DNA of 63,640 nt, the filler included, from Octopus bimaculoides (taxonomy: Eukaryota), in NCBI RefSeq assembly GCF_001194135.2. It is 5 parts of 4 records of this genome, joined end to end, with 100 filler letters (N's around TTAATTAATTAA, not from the genome) between each part and the next. Parts side by side here need not be neighbours in the genome. Positions count along the whole stretch, not along the records: positions 1 to 15,979 come from NC_069004.1; positions 16,080 to 42,006 come from NC_068998.1; 3 more parts are not named here. The stretch is one strand, 5' to 3'. The position numbers and the translations under genes are program-made. The notes under the pieces were generated by a model. The model saw only the letters and a list, made by a program, of their open reading frames with translations, was not told the origin of the DNA and did no database searches. Every line of letters begins with the position of its first letter. The stretch's first letter is position 1. Positions 11,459 through 23,418 of this stretch are shown here, in pieces.

Positions 11459-11947
11459 TCATTTAACCGAGACTTACATCATAACCATCCAACAGTATCT
11501 AGTATCTATGTATAAATCAGTGACTCATCTGAAGTCTCTTGTTAATCTCCTCACTCGCCATTATTATAAAACAAGGGAATGTTTAATTAGACAACATTTA
11601 AATAAATCATTGAACTCTTACGCAATATTGTCAGCAATAAGTTTAATAAATAGCGAGCTTATACTCGTGATGAAGTTGCTGATCTTATGCAACGATAATT
11701 ATCCACAATAGATACAACGGACGTACACGCTGATAGGAACTTCTTATAAAAATAATTAGTTACATAGTTAATTAATTAAATATTTAATTAATTTCATACA
11801 TACATAAAGAGAGTGACATCCAGTTTCATGTTTTCTTACACCTTGGCCAGATGTTTCGACTCCCGTTTCACAGAGAGGAGAAATGAGTGTTAGAACATCT
11901 AGCCGTGTCATCGGCAACAATAAATCGAATGTGCCTACTCTGTATGT

Positions 11948-12334
11948 GTGGAGGCGCAACAGCCCAGTGGTTAGGGCAGCGGACTCGCGGTCATAGGATC
12001 GCGGCTTCGATTCTCAGACCGGGCGTTGTGAGTGTGTATTGAGCGAAAACACCTAAAGCCCCACGAGGCTCCGGCAGGAGATGGTGGCGAACCCTGCTGT
12101 ACTCTTCCACCACAACTTTCTCTCACTCTTACTTCCTGTTCCTGTTGTGCCTGTAATTCAACGGGTCAGCCTTGTCACACTGTGTCACGCTGAATATCAC
12201 CAAGAACTACGTTAAGGGTACACGTGTCTGTGGAGTGCGCAGCCACTTGCACGTTAATTTCACGAGCAGGCTGTTCCGTTGATCGGATCAACTGGAACCC
12301 TCGACGTCGTAAGCGACGGAGTGCTAACAACAAC
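11948..12334 (+). mobile_element. Full-length tRNA-derived SINE (family C) with (AAC)n tail
   Basis: tRNA-like head with A/B boxes, body, and 3' end ...GACGGAGTGCTAACAACAAC. A close copy lies inverted at 34901-35280 and a 3' part at 22671-22824. Confidence 0.9.
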
Positions 12335-12625
12335 TCTGTATGTAACCTTAATTTCTATTGCTTTTATTGATCAAGAACATGATCAATCAATTGGAAATTC
12401 TCATTCCCTTTTCTCTCTATCGATCTATTATCTCATGCTTTCTCTAACTTCCTTTCTAAAGCTGCCGTGATAAAGGCCTTCATCTAAAGGAATTGTAATG
12501 TTCTCAAACATCGGTGACATAAAGGATCGTAGGAGCATCTTATGAAAATAATTAATCATTTACGGTTGAGTGCTTTATTGATTAACAGATCCCATGGTTA
12601 ATATGAAGAACATTGTGGCTCATTC

Positions 12626-12712
<87 letters not shown>

Positions 12713-12730
12713 CACTGTTGTTGTTGTTAT

Positions 12731-12950
12731 TAAGGCGGTGAGCTGGCAGATTTGTTAGCTCTCTGGACGCAATGCTTAGCAGTATTTCGCCCGTCGCTAC
12801 GTTCTGAGTTCAAATTCCGTCGAGGTCAACTTTGCCTTTCATGCTTTCGGAGTCGATAAATTAAATACCAGTGATTCACTGGAGTCGATGTAATTGACTA
12901 GTCCTCTCACCTCAAATTTCAGGCCTTGAGCCTTTAGTAGAAAGAGGATT
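12731..12950 (+). mobile_element. SINE family A (head AAGGCGGYGAGCTGGCAGA..., B-box GAGTTCAAATTCC), flanked by (ATT)n
   Basis: Most abundant repeat in the window. Other approximate copies: + 14461-14690, 14710-14900, 16380-16590, 17228-17420, 22190-22340, 37090-37230, 37490-37670, 50745-50900; - 21340-21480, 21940-22150, 28295-28470, 37865-38075, 39550-39720, 54970-55100, 61985-62370. Confidence 0.85.
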
Positions 12951-12959
12951 GTTATTATT

Positions 12960-13052
12960 ATTATTATTATAAGTATTATTCAATAGTTTTATTTTTATAA
13001 CGTGCTTTCACTTCACTACCGAGCGCAGCTCTGTGTGCCTTGGTCAAAATAA
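12960..13052 (-). mobile_element. 3' UTR end of the same R4/Dong-type element as at 21-218, adjacent to (ATT)n
   Basis: ttcaatagttttatttttataacgtgctttcacttcactaccgagcgcagctctgtgtgccttgg is the near-exact reverse complement of about 137-200. Confidence 0.85.
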
Positions 13053-13241
13053 CTCACGGATGTGATGACATCAACACAAATCTATCCACTCAGATTAATC
13101 GTTGGAAATCAAAAATCGGGGGCATATAACGTGCAAAACTCGGACTGGTCAATAGTTCAGTAAGCAGTGGACTGATCCCTGAGGAATCTACCCCCGCGGT
13201 CCTCCAAGATAAAGCTAGTGGAGGAAATAGATGGATGGAAT

Positions 13242-13380
13242 TCAAACCAGTTCTGACCGGGTTTTGAATCCACTGTAAAGATCAAATCAGTTCTGACTGG
13301 GTTTTGATTCTATTGTAAAGATCAAGCTAGTCCTGACTGTAAAGATCAAACCAGTTCATGACCAGGTTTCAATTCCTGTA
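13242..13380. repeat. 40-bp tandem repeat, ~3.5 copies
   Basis: TCAAACCAGTTCTGACCGGGTTTTGAATCCACTGTAAAGA at 13242-13281, a diverged copy at 13282-13321, a deleted copy at 13322-13345 and a partial copy at 13346-13380. Confidence 0.9.
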
Positions 13381-15979
13381 CAAACGTCGCAAATACTTAA
13401 GGACTCTCATAATTTCATTCAAGTCTATGATCTATTTATAAGAGATACCAGTAATTCAACCATTTTCTAAAACATTTGCTCTCTGATTTTCACAGCAACA
13501 AAAAAAAAAAAATGCTTTTCTTATTCACTTGTTTTTGTTTTTTTTTCTTATCTACACACGCAATACTCTCACACGCAGACGCACGCAGGCACATACAGTC
13601 ACGCGCAACTACACACACACAAATCTGTAAAGAGATAAATACCTAAATAAGAGGAGAAAGACATCTCAAATGAGAATTGCCTGTCTGTTCGACGTAGTTT
13701 TAAATCCAATTATACGGTGTAATCACTTTTTAAAATAAAATCCTCTATTTGCTGATTTATTTTGAAAACATTGTAAATATTTTAGAAGCATTCATTTCTA
13801 CAACTTCTACCGCTATTTAGATAAAAATAATATTTCTGTTAGATAATAACTATAATAATGACGTTGGGAAAATATAAATGAAGATAATAAAATCACAATT
13901 TTCTTTTTCGTGCGTTCAAACTCTGAAAATAGTCGTAGTAAGTTAACAATCTTACTTAAAAGTGAACAAAAAATGTTTCTCCTGAAAATATAAACCTAAT
14001 TACAATTGTTAAATATGCGTGTCTTCCATAATATTTTCTACTCTCTGGAGGTGGAAATTGTACTTTAAAAATAGTACAGTTCTTCTGTTTTGTTTTTTGA
14101 TTTTATATATTTGTTTATAATGACATACACAACCCAATAATTCACTACTGCAGAATGCCAAGATATACGCCATCACGAGATTGACCGCTATTTTTGTTCA
14201 CGTGGTTGTATAGCGTTCTAATCTCCTCTAATAGCGCCCTCTATTCATGTCTGTCTTTGCATAAACAGCTTGATGTTAAGTTAAACAGTAGGATCAGAGG
14301 GAATTAGTGTGACGTTGAAATACCAATTAATGAGTAATTAAACATTCCAGTTTATTGCGTTTGAACGCCTTAAAGTTGTTCCAACAGTAGTTTTCACTAT
14401 TTATGTATGTAATTTCGGTCCTTAGGGGCCAAATAAAGAAATGGTTATTTATGTATGTAAATGCGGCGAGCTGGCAGAATCGTCAGAAGGCCGGAGAAAT
14501 TACTTAGCGGCATGTCAGTGGCCCTTTACGTTCTGGGTTCAAATACAGTCGCTGTCGACTATGTTTTTCATCGTTTAGGGGTCGGTAAAATAAATATCAG
14601 TTGAACACTTGAGTCGATGTAATCGACTGGCACCCCCCCGCCACCGCCGCCGCCGCAAGCTTTCAAGCCTTGTGTCTATAGAAAAAAAAATGTTTATGTA
14701 TGCACAGGTGAGAAGCTGGCAGAATCGTTAGTACGCCAGACAAAGTGGTTAGCGGTGATTTCCGTTCTGAGTTCAAATAACGCCGATGTCGACTTAGCCT
14801 TTCATCTTGTTAGGATCGATAAAATTAGTACCTGTTGGAAATGGGATCAAGGTAATCGATAAGCACCTTCTTCCAAGCTTTCAGGTCTTACGTCTACAGC
14901 AGAAACATTTATCGATGTATGCAAGGGCTGTTGATTGGCNNNNNNNNNNNNNNNNNNNNNNNNNNNNNNNNNNNNNNNNNTATATATATATATATATATA
15001 TATATATGCATATATGGGTACAGGACGTCACCAACAGTACACAACATGTAATACGAAAACGAGTTCAATGCACAAACAACGAGAGAAACAGATGGAAAAC
15101 AGGACAAGTAACATAAAGAACGACTCTTCATCAGTTGTTGGCTGTCCATCTATTCCTCATTTATAGCATTTAACGACAAATATATGTGTGTGTGTGTGTG
15201 TCTTTATGCCTGTGTTGTCCCGAGCCACCGCTTGACAACCCATTGTAATGTGCTTACGTACCTGTAACTTTGTGGTTCGGCAAAATTGACCGACAGAATA
15301 AATACCAGGTTTAATAAAAAGAATGAATACCGAGGTCGATTTGGTTGACTAAAATACTTCAAAGCGGTGCTCCAGCATAGATGCAGTCAAGTGAGGAAAA
15401 CAAGTAAAAGATATATACACAGGGAGCGCTTCTTTGAGGTTCCGTCTCAGGAAACCGCTCACATGGCTTTGCTCAGTCGGGGCTATAATTGAAAAGACAA
15501 GGGACTGGTGCCACACGGAGAACCTGCAGCTAAGACCACGTGTTGGGTAGTAAGCTCCTACTTCACACCAACCAGACCTGCACCTAATATCGAGATTTCA
15601 AAATTAACAATTAAACTAATTATTAATTAGAAACTTGTGCGTGTGCAACATTTTGCCAAAGGCTGCAACCGTCTCAAGATCTGAATCTCATAAACTTTGT
15701 ACAGTTTCACAAATCTATGAGAAATTATATGAACGGGTAAACATTACATTTATGATAGGAAATGTTAGCGCCGTGTTGTTCGGCTGCAACATTTTTCAAG
15801 AGGTCTGTTGAGAACATCGCAAATATTTCACGTCATCCGTTTGCAGACTTGTCTTCGTGGTTTGCATACAGAACAACACTTTTTCCGAACTTTCTCCTCT
15901 CAACCTCATGTCTCCAGCTTATATGGACATATCAATGCATCTGAATACATACATACATACATACATGTATATATATATA

Positions 15980-16079
15980 NNNNNNNNNNNNNNNNNNNNN
16001 NNNNNNNNNNNNNNNNNNNNNNNTTAATTAATTAANNNNNNNNNNNNNNNNNNNNNNNNNNNNNNNNNNNNNNNNNNNN
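15980..16079. other. Assembly placeholder N44-TTAATTAATTAA-N44 (same 12-mer between N runs at 42051-42062, 51887-51898, 58590-58601)
   Basis: The identical 12-mer has stops in all six frames and sits between N runs four times; not biological sequence. Confidence 0.95.
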
Positions 16080-17635
16080 GCTAAAAAATTATCCATAAGC
16101 ATTTACCAACAATAAAAGCTCATGTATGCATATAAATAAGGGATACATGAATAACAGAATTTTCTAAAACTTAAATATTTCGACACATTATGCTAAAACC
16201 TTTTGCCATGATCGTTGAACGACAGCACCCACTGGTTTGTACCTTCTATATGACAAATTCAGTTAATTTATTACTGAAATACACCACTCCACAGCCAGTT
16301 CATTTTACAACAAATGGACTTTCTAGTCAGCAACTATCCTAGGCAATAAGAGAGCCTGTACCTTGTAGCTGTTTCTACTAAGGCGATGAGCTGGTAGAAA
16401 TGCTAGCTTGCAGGATAAAATGCTTAGCAGCACTTCTTCCGGCTACGTTCTGTGTTGAAAATCCTCCATTATTAACTTTGCCTTTTGTCCTTTCGGGGTC
16501 GATGAATAAGTACCAGTTGACCACTGGAGATGATGTAATTGACTATCCTTCTCACCGAAAATTTTAGGCCTCTTGCTTATAGTAGAAAAAAGAGATACTT
16601 GATAATTTAGTCTGCTGTTAAAACTAAAAGACAAGACGAAATGGTCAAAACTGGAACGCTTTGCTCATAATTCTGTTTGATCTGGGCTAACTTGTGGATG
16701 ATGAGGACGAGAACGAGAAGCGCAATTGATGAGTTTTTCGTTAACTGGCAGCATTAAGTTATACTCTTGAAGCCAACAAATAAGAAATAACAACGTCAGA
16801 AATAACAGCCAAAATTATCTTACCCTACTGTCTTTAACAGTAACAAGTAGGAGCTGCTTAATTGTAGTTCTGAATATATATCTGATTACGGCTGGGACAC
16901 ATTTGATTATTAATCTTCTTAATCAAAACTTAATGTAATTCTTAAGTACATTCGGCGTTAGAAGGCTAGACTTTTAAATTACAAGTGCAATAAATCAGGC
17001 GGGATTCTGCGTAATTTCCTCCAACCAAATTCCATTCAAAAGAATCCTATCAATCCGTGGCTAAGGTTACTCAGATGCCAAATAGTCGGATTGATTTTGG
17101 AGCAGAATTCTTAACCGTTTCGTCAAATTACTGTTGACATGTGAAAATTAACTTATGAATAACTGTGATTAAAGTGAAACTGAAAATTATTTTATCATAA
17201 CTATTAAGCTTTATTTCAAGCTTATGTTGGCAGAACCGTTTGAGCCTCGGGCAGACTGCCTTGTGGTAGTTAGCTTTGTGTTCTGGGTTTAGTATAATCT
17301 GCGTAGGTCAACTTTGCTTTCGTCTCTCCATAGTCGACAAAGCTAACTACCAGTGAAAAAGTGGGGTTGATTTAATCGACTAACTTCAGCATCTCAATAT
17401 TTATGACTTTGTGCCTATTTTACAAATAATTATATTTGACTTGTTTCAGTCATTGGACTGTGGAAATACTGAGACACATTTTTGAAATGCTTCAGCCGAA
17501 GAAATGGACGCAAGTATTTATTTTTATGACTGTTAAAATTCGAAGACGTAAAACAAGCGGTGGTGGGGATTAGATAAACACACATGTGTATATATACATA
17601 TGCATATATGCATACATACATGTATATAAACATAT

Positions 17636-17677
<42 letters not shown>

Positions 17678-17725
17678 CATTTATGTATGTGCGTGCGTGT
17701 ATATGTGTGTGTATGTATGTGTGTG

Positions 17726-17756
<31 letters not shown>

Positions 17757-17759
17757 TTG

Positions 17760-17890
17760 TACGACAGGGTGTTGAAAAGTTTCTGGCTTTGAGTAAAAGA
17801 AAATACAGAAGGACCAGTTAATTATGATTTTATTCAACATGTTTCCCTCTCAGATTCACACACTAATTGCAGCAGACCTTCAGTTTCTTT
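17760..17890 (+). mobile_element. Mariner-type element 5' end/TIR remnant
   Basis: TACGACAGGGTGTTGAAAAGTTTCTGGCTTT resembles mariner TACGAGGGxxxxTGAAAAGT termini. No ORF is retained. Confidence 0.55.
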
Positions 17891-18959
17891 AGGCCCTGTC
17901 TTTGTGTGTATGTGTGCATGAGTGCGTGTGTATGTTGGGTGTCCACGCTGTTTCCATCAACCAAATTCACGCACAAAGCTTTGGTCGGCCCGGGACTATA
18001 TTAGACGCCACTTGTTCAAGGTATTGCGCACTGGGATTGACCACCCGAACTCACATACTTGCAAAGCAAACCTCTTAAACACTCAGCCGTATGTGCACGT
18101 TTAATTGCTTTCGCTTTCTTCACAAGTCTTAAAAAATAAACAGCGCCCATGCTGGAGCTCCAACATTTTGATTCTCAATTGTTTTCTTGGTCTTTGTTTA
18201 CGTAGTTATTTCTCATTTTTCTTTCCTGTGCCGCATACTTTGTAATCTCAGCCTTTAGGTGTAAATATACAGAAAAGAAAAAACAAACGAAAGATTTGCC
18301 TTGCGCTTGTAGGTGAAACCATAGTTAGTTGAAATAATTGAATATAATACAGTACTGAAGGACATTTCCTTCCTTCAGGTGATACAACAATTGTCAACAG
18401 ATAGACATATTCTTTTAGTAGAGATTATTGTCCTCTACTGGCACTTCTCCCTCACCCTCTGCGTACAAACATAAATATATCCATATGTGTGTTTAGGTTT
18501 CTATATATATCTATACTTGTGTGTATGTGCATGCGTGTGTGTGTGTGTGCATGTGTTTGTGCATGTGTGTGCGTGTGTGTGTGTGTGAGTGTGTGTGTAT
18601 GTGTGTATGTGTGTGTGTCTGAATATTTTTTTTCTTTCTGGTGCTGCTGTAATGGCGGTGTTGGTTAAATTGTTGTCTTGACAGCAAGATGAATCGTCCT
18701 TTCAGTTCCTTGTTAATGATGTTGTTCTGTGGTCTTGGCAACTGCCTTGAAAATAACAAAATTTAAAGGAAGAATGAACAAACGTCTATTCCCTCATATA
18801 ACAGTAGAACTAGTAAGAATTTCTGCTAATCTTATTTGTAAATGTTGTTGTTTTAGTTTAGACTAAAGTCAGCTCTGATTCAGAAGACATGAGAAATGAT
18901 GTTGCAAACTCTATCATTCTGTCTTTCACAGATACCAAGGGTTACGTCACCCAGTTTCC

Positions 18960-19233
18960 TGCTTTGTCTCTCTCTCACTCTATATATCTATTTATCTATC
19001 TATCTATCTATCTATCTCTGTTTCTCTTTATTCTTCTTTTCTTTCTTTTCCTTTTGTCTTTTCTCACTTCTTTCTCTTCTCTTTCTCTTTCTCTCTATCT
19101 TTCTCCCTCTGTTTCTATCACTTCTATTTACTTTTATTTTCTTTATTTCTTTTTTCTTTCTCTCTACTTCCTCTTCTATATCTCTTTCCATTTCTCTTTC
19201 CTCTCCTCTTTCTTTTCCACTTTATTTCTCGCT

Positions 19234-19270
<37 letters not shown>

Positions 19271-19350
19271 ACCTCCTCTCTTTCTATTTCTCTCACTTCT
19301 CTTTCTTCTTCTTTTTATTCTATTCCTTTCTTCTTCCTTCTCTATTTCTT
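18960..19350. repeat. Polypyrimidine (CT/TCTT/TCTA) low-complexity tract
   Basis: Direct reading; source of the S/L/F-rich ORFs. Confidence 0.9.
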
Positions 19351-22300
19351 TCTTGGCGAGCAAAGTGTGATATGAAGGAGATTTTGCAGGTGTTTCTAAC
19401 CGACCGAACAACACCGTAGATTCTCATTCTTTGGCTTTAGTTATTGTTTTAATACTTTGTCATTTCTGATTGACCTAACAGAGGGACTGCACTTTGCAAT
19501 TTCAGACCATGTCATTGCTAATCCGCCAGGTGAATGATCAACGACAGTCCATCCGTAATCACCTGGCTTTTCGTATAATACCGAATGTATATTTCCATTG
19601 TGTAACGCAGAAGCACTATCGTCTGGGAGAAATTTGGTTATTGTTTCTTACACATCAAGCCACCTCATAAAGGGTCAGTCATGTAATGGCGAGTAATACC
19701 CCGGGATAGTAAATACAATAAAGAGCAGATTTTCTCACAGGGAGCAAACCCCAAATGGAATGGGCTGTTTGTTTTGATAAATGGGTGACAAACTGCCATG
19801 TTTAAGTTCTATTCTGTTTTCTTTTTCATTAATAAAGAAATGAGTGTCTATTTGGGTGGTGAGAAAGCTGTTATCTTTATTCTTCTTTTCTTTTCCTTTC
19901 TTGGTGGCAGTGGTTGTGCATTTGTCAATTTTCAGACGCTTTGGTATAGCATTCATTAAATGAATAACAATAAAATGACGAATAATGTAGTGCTTAAAAC
20001 ATATCGAACTGTAACTGTGTATGAGGGCATTATATTTCTAAATGCCCAATATGACTTTCCTTTCTCAAGGCAATATAGTGAGATTTGAAATAATTTGGCT
20101 ACTATACTTTAGAGGATCGAGTCACTATGTAAAGTTTCCAGAGTTGGTTTAACAGGCGGTATGTATAGTGATGATGGCAGCGGTGGTTATATACTGGAGA
20201 TGTGGGCAGGTATTGTTTGGTGAATAGTGGTGACAAATGCCATAAAGTTGTCGGTGGCGGTCATCGTGTTCGTGATAGCTTTAGAAAATGAAGACAGATA
20301 GAAGCATGTGCTGTAGTAGTGAAAATATCTTTAATTTGTGAACGCCAATTTGTAGACTTATCTATCATTGAATTTGGATACAAAAGAAATACGTTTGTGA
20401 ATTATGAGTATTTTGGAAATATCCTTTTCTTGGGACATATGTCTTTGGCAGGTTGACAGCATCTGAAATTAGAATATATCATAGAAATAACCTTTTCTCG
20501 AGACATACCACTTTGGCGGTATGACAACATCTGATAGCTGAAGATAATTGAAGATTTTTTGTTGATACTTGTCTTTTTGGCTGAATGACAACATTTGATA
20601 TCCGAAAAGAGAGTTTCTGTTTGTACACAATCAATATGTTTTCTCAATACAATTCAATACTGAAGCTTTTTAAAAGAGAAATGGCCACGGAGACATATCA
20701 TTGTTAAATATATGGTGTTGATGATGTTTAGAATTTTACTAACGTAATAACCAAGCTACAAATTTTATTTGTAGTTTTATTTACGACTGGTAAGTGCTTC
20801 GCGGATTTAACACGCCAAAATATCAATCGACTTACATTAAAATAAGTTAATAAAAAAATACTAACCAAGACAATCGATTAACATAATAATTAGAGCACTT
20901 TACAAAATATCTGCAATATGTAGTTACGATCACTAAGTTCTAAGTTCAAATCTCGCTGGAGGTAACTTACAGTAGCAGTCATGAACTAGATACGATTTCA
21001 TTTCTGAATAACACATCCTATATCAATGGAATTGTACTGCAATAATAAAACTAATATATATTAGTATTATAATATATATATATTCTTTTATTCCTTTATT
21101 CTCTTACTTGTTTCAGTCATTTGACTCGACTAAAGGCTGGAGCACCGCCTTTAGTCGAGAAAATCGACCCCAGGGCTTATCCTTTGTAAGCTTAGTACTT
21201 ATTCTATCACCCCNNNNNNNNNNNNNNNNNNNNNNNNNNNNNNNNNNNNNNNNNNNNNNNNNNNNNNNNNNNNNNNNNNNNNNNNNNNNNNNNNNNNNNN
21301 NACACACACACACACACACATATATATACAGATACGACGGGCTTCTTTCATCCCGAAAGAATGAAAGACAAAGTTGACATCGGCGGAATTTCAAATCAGA
21401 ACGTACAGACGGTCGAAATGGTGCTAGGCATTTTGTCCGGCGTGCTAACGATTCTGCTAGCTCGCTGATTTTTTGAGAGTTTAATGATCCCAACTAGTGC
21501 CACGTGAAAAATATAAATATTGCCTTACTTACATTAAGCTAGTAAAAAGTAACATGTACTATCCAATATGTTCGTAAAATTCAATGGTGAGAGAGAAATC
21601 ATATATGTAAATATATATATACATCAATAATGTAAATGTTTGTTCGAGAAAAATAAAGTAAATGTTTGTTCGTGTAAATACAATAAGAGAACGTGATTTT
21701 TTGTGTCCGCAGCTGACGTTCAAATTTAATTTGTTCGTTATGAATTCATTGAGAAATTGTAAGCATTTAATGAAATTGAAATGACAAATACGTCATCGTC
21801 TCGAAACTCAATTAAGGTAAATATTGGCTTCTTTTGTATGAAAATATTTTGAGGTGAAAAACTAAATCTACAATGCAGGTTCTATTCCACATTAAACCAC
21901 TTCATTTACTTTTCATTTGTGTATTCTTCAAATATTGGCTTCAAATTTTGGCACAAGACTTGAAGACCGGAGAAATGGTAAGTCCATTACATCGACCCCA
22001 GTAATCAACTGGTACTTATTTTATCGATCACCAAAACGATGAGAGGTAATCTGGGCCTCGGCGGAACTTGAATATAGAAGGTAAAAACGGACGAAATGCC
22101 ACTAAACATTTTTCCCGAAACGCTAACGATTCTGCCAGCTCGCTGCTTTAATTATTCTAGTGTATCCTTCAGCATTTCTCGGATAACTAAGGTGCCGATC
22201 TGGCAGAATCGTTACGCGCCGCACAAAATGCTTGGCGGCATTTCATCTGGATTTTTATGTTTTAGTTAAAATTCTGCCAAGATCAATTTTTGTCCTTCGT

Positions 22301-22670
22301 CTTTTGGGGATCGATAAATTAAGTATCAGTTGTGTACTGGGATCAGGCCCTGTTCCTACAAGAAGTATAGAAAAATATATTAGAGTAATTGCTTACGCCT
22401 TTTTATTAACTCTGAGCAAATGTCGGGTTTAAATTTGTCAGTCCTGATTCAGTAAGAAGCCTTCAAAACCATGGGAATCGATTCAGTTGAACTTACTTAT
22501 CTCTCTGAAATAATTGTCATAGTAAGTAAATCTTAACCGTTATTTTATCGATTTTATTCCAAACAACACTTGATCCCACTATAGTCAAAGGGACTACAAA
22601 AAAAAAAAGAAAAGGCTTAAAAGCTTCAAAATATGTCGATTGACAGAAACATTCAAGGACACAATATCAT

Positions 22671-22824
22671 TTGTTGTTGGCACTCCGTGGGTTGCGACGA
22701 CGTGGGTTCCAGTTGATACGATCAACGGAACAGCCTTCTCGTGAAATTAACGTGCAAGTGGCTGAGCACTCCACAAACATGTGTACCCTTAGCGTAGTTC
22801 TCGGGGAGATTCAGCGTGACACAG
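22671..22824 (-). mobile_element. 3' half of SINE family C
   Basis: Reverse complement of about 12180-12334 including the (AAC)n tail. Confidence 0.85.
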
Positions 22825-23387
22825 ATAGTACACGTTACTTTTTACTAACTCAATGTAAGTAAGGCAATATTTATAGTTTTCACTTGGCGCTAGTTAGGAT
22901 CATTAAACTCTCAAAAGAGTAGCGAACTAGCAGAATCTTTAGCACGCCGGACAAAATGCCTAGCACCATTTCGTCCGTCTGTATGTTACTGATTCTGCCA
23001 GCTCACCGCCTTAAACCCACTAGAAATATTATGAACTATTTCCAGGTGAAAGCAAGCCTACATTCTAGAAGTCACGGTGGTCAGTATTGCTTTCAAGATG
23101 ATAATATTATTATATATTTTCTGTTGCACAATGGTCATGCTGGAGCACATCTTTGTCGGTTTCGTGGAACAGATCTTACCCAGTACTTTAAAGTCTGATA
23201 CCTATTTCTATCGGTCTGTTTTACAGAATTGCTAGGTTACAGAGATGTAAAGAAGCCAAACACCGGCTGACAAGCAATATAGAAACAAACACAAACACAC
23301 ACACGCACACACACACATATGTATGTATATTTATATGTATATACACACACGGAAACACAGACACACACAGGCACACACACACACAGG

Positions 23388-23418
<31 letters not shown>

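Noticed and set aside
11948-12030. tRNA gene
   Set aside because: The tRNA-like region continues into a SINE body present in several copies; no bona fide tRNA, rRNA or CRISPR array was seen in the window.
13140-13250. HDV-like or hammerhead ribozyme (CTGAGGA...GGAAA; TTCCTC loop)
   Set aside because: Could not build the required P1/P2/P3 or stem I/II pairings.
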